A stretch of 64,000 nucleotides of DNA from Vicugna vicugna (Eukaryota), in the NCBI GenBank assembly GCA_013265495.1, contig MU057744.1, forward strand, positions 1,887,524 to 1,951,523. Reading direction: 5' to 3'. Both the position numbers and the translations under genes were made by a program. This document shows positions 53,654 to 64,000 of the stretch, piece after piece. The notes under the pieces are model-generated. The model did not search any database and was not told where the DNA came from. It was given only the letters and a program-made list of their open reading frames with translations. Numbering within the stretch: the first letter of the stretch is position 1; each line of letters opens with the position of its first letter.

Positions 53654-56600
53654 TAGGACAAACATTCTAATCTCGAATTACAAAAGTTTTACTTCCATAT
53701 GAACTCTGTTAAGCTTCCATTTTGCATTCATGAGACTATTTAGTAGAAAAATAGATCATAAACATCCCAGGAAGAAGATACCCATTATGACTTTAGTTAA
53801 AAAAAAGAAAAAAGCCTTTTCAGTTTGGAAGTGCAGTCTTCTTTTTTGCCTTCTATTTTTAAAAAAGTGAAATATTTGCTGTTAGGGTGAATTTAGAATG
53901 TCACAAAGAATCTACTTAGAAGAAACAAATTGTCATGATTTTTACTCACTATTATATTTGGGGGAATATATTGTTCTTACATGATTTTAAAATTTGAGTT
54001 CATGCAGAGGCTATCGGATTTAGCTCTAATCAGATGGACGTAATTTAATGTCACACAACAGGCATAACACTTAGTAGTATTATGGGTTTATAATGATAGG
54101 TATGGACAGTGTGATCCTAATGTGTAGATTTTATAGTTTCATCACTAATTGTCTCAGACAGGATTCCTGTGACTTAGTGAGGGTTGAAAACATGGAGAGA
54201 CCTCGTAACATCCACCAGAGGTTTGATCTCATGGATAGCACTGAAGTTCACGTCCAGGATATGCACGGAAGGGGGTGAATGTGGAAGGCCAGGATGAGGG
54301 GTGTTGCTGGGTAAGAAAACCGTTTTACTTTGAAAGAGGACTGCAGTTTCAGGGAGACCTAAGAGCAAATCCCATTTGGCAAATAGGGTCCTATTTGGTG
54401 ACGTTAGAAGGTCCCCTATTGAGGCAGGAAGTCTGGGAATAACTAGTCGTGGAGTCTCAGCCTGTGGAGCGCAGGACCCGGGCCGTCCCGGCAGGACTGC
54501 ATGTCTCGGAGGTGAAACCTGGTGATTAGTCCCCGAAAGGAGACAAGAGACCGGCGAGGGTGACTGTCCCAGCACGAGACCGGAATTTGAATTTGCAGTG
54601 ATTGCCCGTGTTCACGTGTGTAACACAATAGACAAGATTTGGAAATTTTCACTTCTTAACCGATGTTTTACTGACCCTCCATGTGAATTTCAGACTGTAA
54701 CTTATTATTTATGCCTAATCTGTGTAACAGTCTACTATTTGCGAAATATGTACTCTGTAAGTAAACAATATGAACCCTTCCCAAGTTGAAAAACAGTCGT
54801 GTTTGTCAAAATTGACAGTCGATCACTTACGAAGATAAATTTGTCTGAGGTTGACCCTCTAAACCAACAAAACCACTGAAAGATTTGACCAGACAACTGG
54901 ATTATTACTTTCTCTTAATAAATTTAATAATGTACCAGACTTTTACATTGAGTTGTCTGGCTGTTTAACATCATTTAGACGCAGTCTGATAGTGGAATTT
55001 TTCATCTAAGCTGTACTGAATTCGAAAGGTTGTTTGGCAGCTTCATAATCCTTAAAACAAACTACGTTACGTGAATTTGGGGGTCACAAAATTGTGTGAT
55101 AATTGGATGTTATCCCTGTAGCTGGCTGGTTATTAACGTTTGCTGTACCTCCTACTTAAACCTGTGGTATCTGTAAAGATACTGAGAAGGAGGAAGAAGT
55201 AGCTGTAAACAGGTGGCACTGTAAGGAGAATTCCCGTGAGGAGTAAAAGTAAAACTCAGGAAGCGTGGGGAACGGGGTGGAAGCTGACGCGCCGCAGACT
55301 GGCCAGTTCTCTCTCCTTCCATCACGTTTGTTTCCTGGTATGATCCTGTTGAACTTGCCTGCTTTAAGCTGACAATTTAATTCCCAACTTCATCGATAAC
55401 CTATGTGTACTTTTCCTACAACTGCTTATTTAAAATTGTATTGCGTATTTAGTTGGTAATTATATGTAGTCTTTTTATTGAGACTGCTTCCATATTAAAA
55501 CTACAGAAAGGGACAGTGAAGTCTTACAAAGAGGCCAGTACTAACTGAAAGGGAAGAAGCGTTTGAGCAGTCCCCTGAAGTGTTCGTTACTGCACTGGAG
55601 CGCTTTGTTTAGCTTCGAGTTTTTCATGAGCCCAAACAAATGATAACAGCAACAAATAAACCGTAATGTGTCAAGTCAAATATCTTCATTTTTCTGAGCG
55701 TGGTGGGCTTTTCTCACCTAGAACAATGAGGAACTCTGGTGCCGGAGTAGACCGCATTGTCACATTACGATTTGGCAAAATGCACAGAAACATCCTCCAG
55801 ATGGCTGCTTCTCCTCCTGCCGCTCTCTCAGGTCTGAGGGCTCAGCGCTAAGGACGATGCAGTGACAGCATTTCTGTGGGATGTTAAGGACCGTAGCATA
55901 GACTTACTACTTATGGAAAACCTGAGTGAATGACCATGGAGCGTAAGCGAGCAGAGGTTGACCTTTGACGCGCCTTCTAGACCATGCTTCTCAAGCGCGC
56001 AGTAAGGTGCGTTGCCCGCTGGCAAGTGCCCGACTCCTGATCCACAGACGAGACTTCTCCGCTGAGTCCCCAAGGCCCTCTTACTCTGCAGTACTGATTA
56101 AAGAGAACTTCTTGAGTCTTACATGCCAAATATGCCTGTGGAGGAGCTGATAGTCTGCAGTAAGAACATAGGGGACTGGCCTGAATTCTCTCCCAGCTGG
56201 GCCTCAGTCCCAACTGAAGTGACAGCGTTCCTGCTGAGAGCTCAGACCGGCGCCCCGCTCGTGTCCCACAGTCGGCGCCACTGAGTGCAGGAGTCCACGT
56301 AGGTCCAGAGAGCCTTATGGGCCGATGGCTCTACACAGTGAGAAGACCACCTTTGTCTGACCCCTCCAGTGATCCAATTTTTGAATAGAACTGAATTTTT
56401 TGGAAGTTCTCTAAGAATGAGTTGGCCCTGAGAAGATCCCTCCCCAGTAGCTACCTAAACTGAATGGGCTTCTTTACTTCTGCTCATAGGAGCACAGCAG
56501 GTTAAGTTAGAGGGGCTTCCTGAATCTTACCTAAAAGAACCATCAAATATTAAAAACTAAAGATACAGCTATGAATATAAAACACTGAAGCAGTGACCTC

Positions 56601-57604
56601 TTTCATCAAGAACATTTATACTTCTTTAGTTTCTACTGCAGAAGATCTGTGGTATCAAGATACGGACTGGAGTGTTGAGTTGCTTGTCCTACTGTTGAAT
56701 CGTAGAGGGGAGGGGGAGGGAGCTCTGACGGCCAGTGTTCTCCAGTGCTCGTGCCTGATGCTGCAGTCTGCCCACTGCACGTTCAGATACTGGAATTGGT
56801 GATCTCAAGGAACGCCCTCAAGTCTTAGCCCAGGTTCCCTGGAGAACAGAGCAAAGAGGCTGTTTGCTGACACTATGTTGGGGCTGGAGGTGTTACAGTC
56901 TCAGGGAGGTAAGAGTGAGGGGCAGAGAGCACTGAAGCAGGGAAGCTGGGAGAGCACAATAATGCCTCCTTGAGCTGACCGCTGACCGCTGACCGCAGCT
57001 CCCAGCAGGACAGCAGCCACTCGGCTGTGCCGGACGCCCCTGGGAGGCCGTGCGCATCATGGAGCAGTGCCTCCTGGGAAGGAAGACTGAGCACTTTATC
57101 TGCTGGTTCCGTCCCATCTCCTGTCTCTTACTGGTCTGAGGGAGTTCATTTCTTCCTACGTCCTGCTGATACTAAGCAGCTGTTCCAGGGGGACCCCTGG
57201 GGAAGCCAGAGCCAGCTCGGGCCCAGCCTGCCCAGGGTCCAGGCACTGCAGTCTCTCCACAGTCATCAGCAGGTGGTCTCCTTACACAGTGGTGTGGTTA
57301 GGAGCCAGCTTGTCACCACACTACTGGTGCAAGCCATTTCTAGGGCCACGGTGCCTCAGAAGCAAGGCAGATCGCTAAGGCTTGGAGAGAAGGGGGCTTA
57401 GGGTGGGTTGGGGTACTAGTCCCGATACAAGGAAGATTCCATGTACAGCACAGTCCTCTATATTATATATGGGAATTTACGCCTATGAACGTGTGGACCT
57501 AAATAGCAAACTACACGGAGGCACACGCTAAAGCATAAAACTGCATTGTGTCCAGTACTGGACGTGTCCACATGACGTCCAGTAAACAGGATACAACAAA
57601 ATCA

Positions 57605-57810
57605 TTCAGAGCACAGGCACTTGGACAGACCACCTGTGTTTGAATCCCAGCTTCACCGTGTGGCTGTATGATCTCAAGCATCAATGTTCCTATCTATAAA
57701 ATGAGCCTAATTAAGGTCTCTACGTCACAGGATTGTGGTGACAATTAAATTAGTTGTTACATGTAACGCACTCAGAACACTGCCTATCACATAATGAGCT
57801 CTGTAAGTAT
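57605..57810 (+). mobile_element. MIR SINE
   Basis: tttgaatcccagct...ttcctatctataaaatg...caggattgtggtgacaattaaatta...cactcagaacactgcct. Confidence 0.65.
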
Positions 57811-60800
57811 TCTCTAGTGTCATTCTATTTGATCAGTTTCACTTCCTTACCAAAGTCAGGTCAGAGAAGCCCACAAAGGAGATTTTTCAGCACAGTGAGC
57901 CCGGAACCGAACAAGGCAGGGGACCTGAGTTCTCATCCGGTGCTAACCGGGTGCCCTTAAGCAGGTCACATTTAATTCCTCTGTACTTTTTCCCTTTGGA
58001 CTGAAAGCTTTGAACTGGATGTTCTCGGGGGTAATATCCACCTTTAAACCTGTCTGATTTGCTGTTTTTGAGTAAGTCCTTTTCATTTTTCAGGGCAATT
58101 TCCTAATTCTTCTAAATGCATAAACACTGATTAGAAGGATGCAAATTTTCATTACTTTTCTTCTGATCTTTCATGAAAGGGCAAAAAAGAAAATGAACTC
58201 CGTGTCTCTTAGTGCAGGAATGTCGCAATAAAAACGATTTATAGAAAATGACATCCAGCTTCTGTACATGTGTGTGTTTCTCTACCTGTTCCTAGATTGG
58301 TAGTTAAACTATCACATAATTATACATAATATGGTTAGATGAATAAAAAAGTGTTGAGGGCTAAAAAGCATTTAGGGACACAGAGAGGAGCCCCCCAGAA
58401 ATGGGATTAATCCAGAAACCTCTGCCACAGTATCTTGCTGATTTGCTGCAGGTTGTCAGTACTACTGATCCCAAACTTCCTAGGAGTCAACATAAAATCA
58501 CATAAATGTAAAAATTTACTCTGTCAGTAAAACACAGACAATCTCCTTCTTTGGGAGAAACAAATTCCTGAAGCATTTTCCCCCCAAGGGTCTTTGTGGG
58601 AAGACAACGTGTGATACGATGAAGAAGGCCTCCAGCAGTTCAGTAAAAGTAATTATTTGAGAATTTGTACAGTGAAGTCCAGGGATACAGGTGCCGTCTG
58701 AGGATGCCTCAGCACAGAATGAGCACCGAGGGGCTGGGAGGATGGGGGGCTCTGCGTCCTTAAGACAGTCTTCAGAAAGACCCTCCTCCCAGCTGAACAC
58801 GGAGCCCTTGGCGAGGAATCCGAGAGTGGATCAAGTGCTTACTTAGAGTGCAGCGGTTTCTCAGGAGTTGATCTGGGGCAAGATTAATAACCATTTGTGA
58901 AAACTTAAGAATTGCCGATACTGAAACTGCTAGAACTGGGAGATCTGAAAATCCAAACGGTGCATTGCTGTGATCTGTTCTGTGATAAAATCTACCGACT
59001 GCTGCTTCTCACTGACTGTTCCAGCTTCCTGGCACCTTCTGCTCTAACGGCTCCTCCCTGGGGCTGGAGGTCGTCAGTCCCCCAGTGCTCTCATCCTCCC
59101 CTCTGTCAGGCTATCCTAGTAGGACTGCAGGGCACGTACGTTCCACATTCAGGGCAGTATCCAGGGCTTCTGCGGCTTAAACAAAGAAACAAATAGGTGA
59201 AGGCTTTTGAAAATCAGTACTGTGCTCAGGATAAACACACTCCCTCTAGTGACAGATCAGCCTCACTTGGCTAATTTGATAGCCTCTGATTCTAGAGTCA
59301 CTCATTCCTTCATGTTGTACTTTGTTAACAGGGCTTTTGGTGGCGTAGCCTAAGTTTTGTCAGCAGGACCTTGAAATAGAAAACCGTTTCAGATCAGCTG
59401 GTTTCAGTGCTTTAGCATAGTATTGATTAGTTCTAAATATGCTGAATCCAGGGGAAACAGAATTCCAAACGAAATGGAAGTGTATCTGATACAGGAAGAA
59501 GTCAGCCGTAAAGTCACACTACGCAACACATCTGACCACTTTGAGAGCCTCCAGCGCGTTAGCTGAGCTGCATTTCTGTGGTTCAGTGTTTTTGTTGTCT
59601 CTTATATGTTAGTAAATCTTAGGCATTTAAACAAAGTTTGCTTTGGGTAAGCCACATTTTTAAAAATTTTCTTACTTAAAGAGAACATTAGAAACACGAT
59701 CATCCTATTGGGAAGTAGAACTCTAGAAGGTTACTGTACTATGTGATGGTTCAACAACAAAGAGAATGCGCAGTAATGAAAGCTACAGACAAAAAATAAG
59801 CTAAAAGCTACAATTTGAGAATTGTTATTTTTTGTATGTGTATAAATCTAGACTTTTTGGACCCTATACTAAAAAGTAAACTACATAAAATTTTCACATT
59901 GCACTAGCTTTGTAGCTCTTCAAAGGAAGGATAATATTTGTAAAACTTTGGATTAATTTTGCATACTACATGATAGCACATTATCTAGTTCTCTGATTCA
60001 TTTACACTTTCTTGAACATTTTTTATGTGCAGGAAACTGTACTGGATATGCAGTATATGTGTACTCGAGTTGTGTTTAATAAGCAAACCAGCTATGGCCC
60101 CTTTCCTCATGGAGCTTTATTTCTAGAAACCTCCATGTTCATTTAATTTTTAAAAATTAAATTTAAAAAATCTTGTGGAACCATCTATTATTGAGTAAAG
60201 TTACAATCTTATAAGTGCTTCCCTGACGCCGTGAGTCATCTTTTGATGAGTATGACTCCCCTGTAGTTTTGGAAGCTAGGACAAAGAACAGAACTAGTTG
60301 GAGTTCTGGAGATGTGACTGCTGTCTATACTTTCAGTTTTCCTTAGTGTGAGTTGTCCTGTTTGTATTTTAAACCAGACTGTTAGTACCATATCACTGTC
60401 TTTCAGCTTTGTCCTTAAGTTATCCAATTAAATCTTCTATATTCCAGTGTCTTCTTTTTGGTAATGTTAAGATTCAACATCACCTTGTAGATTACGACTA
60501 CATTTCAGATGCCAGATAAAATTATTTAATATTGACTTACAACATTGCTACATTATGGGAAATACTTTTAGAAAGAGTTCAGCTCCTGGAAACTTCTGTT
60601 CACTTATACTGTAACTAGCTTGCACATGAGTTTAAGAGGAAAAGATTATGATAACTTTTTCAATAGTTGCTGAAGGCTTAGAAGTACCAAAAAAGTACAA
60701 GCTAGTGGCTCCTTTGGGGTGATGCTCAGAGTGTAGACTTGGCACCCTCAGCTTGTGATGTACTGTGCTGCCCTAAATGCCCATAAACTAGAAAGGTCCC

Positions 60801-62727
60801 TCAGAAACAAAGTGAATTTCTTTGCTGCCATCAGTCTGCCCTGGTTTAAATCATATTTGTGTCTTCATTATGGGGATAAACTATTTTCTCCACCAAGAAA
60901 CAAGGGCTGATATAATTTAGTCTTATCTCAGCATTTTTTTGAATTGAAAGGATGTTTTTCTTCAAGCCTTTCCCTACCACCCCCCCACCATCAAGTGCTG
61001 AAAGCTTGAGAAACTTTTAGACAAAATAGAAGATTTTTAGCAATTTTCTTACAAACTTCAGTTATACTAAAAAAGCAAATCATGATGCTGAATGCTCCCA
61101 TTCAATGACTGATTTTATCATAGGTCCAATATATGATCACCCTTGACCTTGGAAAGACTCGTAACAATCTTATTTAGAAAACAGCTGGTAATTCTTGGTT
61201 GCTTTTGGCAATCAGAACTTTTTGCCTAAGGGAAAATTTAAATTGTGGAGCTGCTCCTTTTTAATATAAATTTTCTTTCCCTTAACCTCCCTTTGTAACG
61301 ATGGAAAAATTTGAAGACTAAACTACAGGTTGAAGGTATAGTGTTTAAAGACCCTTTGGCAGTTTAAGCAGAATATGGAATGCGGTGGGATGAGGAACCC
61401 TACTTTGAAAAAGGTACTTTCAAGGTGCTATTTCCTTGAGTAAGATACTTTTAAAAGATCTGTCTCCAGTTTGCTTGGAAAAGCTGATCTGCAGTAAATT
61501 TGGAATGAACGAATTTTTTCCTTTCTACATAACCCATGATTTTATTGCCTAAAAATTTTCTAGTTTAGCTTTAGCTTTCGAGGTTTTATTTTTTTATGTA
61601 GTGATAAAATTTCCAGTGAGGAGATTCAATTGTATCCCCAGAAGCAGTTCTCAAAGGAACACAAGGTACCAAAAGAAGTAATATTAAAGGTATTCTGAAG
61701 AGAGAGCTTCCAACTCAATCTAACAAGAAATTTGAAAGAGTAGCTGGCCCCATCTGTCTTTATGAAATAAGGCTTTCCTACTTCTGAATCAGTATATCTA
61801 TTTTTGCTCAATATTTTTTTTTGAAATGAGTCTCATCTCCCCTAAAATATTTACTGTTATTATTGACAGGTATACGTTATGTAAGAAAAATGAGAGCGAT
61901 CTTTGCTCAGGGAGTTTACTTTTTAAAGAAGGCGGTTTGATGTCCAGTCTTTCTTGACCCTCCAGAGGTCCATCCATCATGAGTGGTCTCAGTTCCCGGA
62001 GAGGTTGCTGGGACCTTAGATCCTGTTCCACAAGCTGCTGTGGCAGACCTTTGAGCTGGTCTGTCTTCTTTGGGAGCGTAAATGGCAAAGAGTTTTGGTT
62101 TTTGTTTCTCCTCAAAGCTATGTGGCATACTGCCCTCTTGCATCTTCTTTGGGTTTCCTGATGGCTACCTTTACATGCTCTACTGAGCCAGCAGAGCTGC
62201 TCTTTCTAACTCCCTTGCCTCTCTAGGTGATGAAAATAATGGTGCAGTTCCTTAAGCCAGTAATCTCTCACCATTGTTTTACTGGAACACTCTTTACAAA
62301 GGGAGTGGGTTAAGCTGGGAAATAAAAGTTCCACCAGTAGCTCTGAAAATGGGAGGAAAGTGAAAGATTGTTGGGTCTAAAAGGAAGAATCAAATGTTGC
62401 TCACCAATTTTCAACAACACCTGAAGAGCAGGCGCAAGGGGCTCCTTTCAGTTTTCTTGAGGCCGTGTTGTAATGACAATATGGTTTTGTGTGTCCGTGT
62501 GATTTTGTTTTCGTTTTGTTTTTGACTTCACAGGAAGAGGTTTAAACATGAAGGCAAACCTTTTAGATGTTAGCATGGCTACATATAAAGCAAAGCTGCC
62601 TTTTTTTTTTTTTTCTTTTCTCTGCATCCATTTAGGCCTATCACATAATTTAAGAAAAAATAAAAATTTAACCGCAGGAGCTCTAACTATAGTGTGAAAA
62701 AAACCCTGATCAATTTTGTTTTCGCAG

Positions 62728-62784
62728 CACGATATTATCAAAGATTTAAGAGACAAATTTGCCAGCCTCGGCGAGAACTCTCTG
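62728..62784 (+). CDS. Candidate 57-nt in-frame cassette exon HDIIKDLRDKFASLGENSL
   Basis: ccctgat branch-like motif, ttttgttttcgcag acceptor, CTG|gtaaca donor, 19 stop-free phase-0 codons. No transcript evidence available. Confidence 0.5.
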
Positions 62785-63942
62785 GTAACAGCATAAATGT
62801 CTGTGTTGGTTGCTTTTGATTTAAAGGTTTCTTTTTTTTTTTTTCATTTGTTTGAGCCCATTTCTTTTCCCCCTCTTTTTAGTTTCCTTTATTTTTCATA
62901 TTCTGTAACTAGCAAGCCTTCATTTTTTAAACCTCTTCCATCTTCCAGTGTCTATTTTCCGTACTTTGGATGGAAAGTTTACGGCAGCAAAGCTGTCACC
63001 CTGGCTACTTCTGCTGCAGCTCTTCCTGCTCTTAGGTCATACCTGTTTGGCCGTTGTGTTTATGGACATGATACTACTTGACTGTTTCATGTCCCGTTGA
63101 CTCAGCTTCTCTCCACGCCATTGGATGGACTCGCTGTCCTCGGGCTCTATGCAACTTCCATTCTGCAACTTATACTGCTTGGTTCCGTCTAATTCCAGCG
63201 AACTGGGTAGCTCAAGTGAATGATCCTACCAGTCCTGAACTTGCTGTGCCTTTATATTTTACTTCTATTCCCGTCTGTGCTTTCAGTGGTAGTTCAAGTG
63301 GAAAAGAGCAGTCCAGCCGCCGCTCTGGCAGTGCCATGCAGTATCGTTTGTTACCACCGGAGAATACAAAATATAAAGGCACACTGCTTCTTTTACCCTC
63401 GGGGGGCGGGACTGGGGGGGGTGCGGTAAGTCCACCACTTAGCTGAAGCCTGCCCTTCTCTGCCTATCAGCTTTCAATTTTGCTTATACTCCAACACGTC
63501 TCAGTTACTGTTTCTCTGTCATTCCGTGATAACCTCCTACTCGAGCCATTTGCTGAGCAGTATCAAGTTATGGCCATGACTTGGGAGATGACTAAAAACG
63601 TACAAACTTATGCACAAACGCATAATTCAGAAAGTGGAAGTTTCGATGATGAAGTACAGTCCTTCAAAACTCTGATACAGGCTTTGGACTAATCAAATAA
63701 TTACAATTGAGAAAATTCATCCTGATCAACCAGTACCAAAAGCATATCATGAGAAATATAAAGGGGAAAAAAAACCCCAAGAGTTGAATCCGTTACCACC
63801 TGCTGAGTAACATTGTTGGTGTTGAAATGGTCCATAATGTTGTCATAGAGCCCATACATGAAGAGATGACTGAAAAATACGGTTTATAAAGCCGCTCTGC
63901 TTAATGACAGCCGCAACATAAACGGTTGGGATTTGTGTTCAG

Positions 63943-64000
63943 GAAAAGGAAATGGAGAAGCAGAAGCTTCTGTACCAGCAAGCCAGGCTGCACGACCGCG
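63943..64000 (+). CDS. RYR2: RYR2 exon ~81, truncated by window end: EKEMEKQKLLYQQARLHDR
   Basis: ttcag acceptor; phase 0 continuation of exon 80. Confidence 0.96.

Larger units (their letters stand above)
1..64000 (+). other. RYR2: Ryanodine receptor 2 gene, internal segment (exons ~62-81 and introns)
   Basis: Twenty exons join with consistent phases into one ORF matching the recalled RyR2 sequence. [16 protein letters not shown] is RyR2-type, not RyR1/RyR3. Confidence 0.97.

Noticed and set aside
57550..57584. 14-bp palindrome gtccagtactggac with a nearby inverted copy
   Set aside because: Short and isolated, with no supporting context
61798..62143. Overlapping minus-strand ORFs (105 and 75 aa) as a possible processed pseudogene or nested gene
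   Set aside because: No recognisable homology and no poly(A) tail or TSD; cannot be supported without a search
1..64000. Numerous 60-176 aa ORFs in the ORF track outside RYR2 exons
   Set aside because: No recognisable protein similarity, frequent non-ATG starts, and many overlap repeat relics; consistent with chance intronic ORFs
1..64000. Assignment to RYR1 or RYR3
   Set aside because: [16 protein letters not shown], the VTGSQRSK exon and the overall peptide are RyR2-type
1..64000. CRISPR array, tRNA/rRNA or prokaryotic-type system
   Set aside because: No repeat-spacer array, cloverleaf or operon-like gene density; sequence is intron-rich mammalian DNA

Overview
Mammalian genomic DNA, probably camelid (inferred from a young L1 3' end). 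The whole window lies inside the + strand ryanodine receptor 2 gene (RYR2). Twenty exons, corresponding to human exons ~62-81 (numbering recalled, not looked up), splice into one continuous reading frame from [10 protein letters not shown]... to ...EKEMEKQKLLYQQARLHDR, including the calmodulin-binding helix. Most exons have canonical AG/GT ends. The exception is the 36-nt exon 75, which is followed by a non-canonical GG donor. Intron 80 contains the known 24-nt VTGSQRSK cassette exon and several further frame-compatible exon candidates: 21 nt (KEIQWKE), 57 nt (HDIIKDLRDKFASLGENSL), and an ATG-bearing segment with a consensus donor in frame with exon 81. The introns also carry L1, L2, MIR and LTR relics and one 51-N assembly gap. 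No RNA genes, CRISPR arrays or prokaryotic systems are evident.
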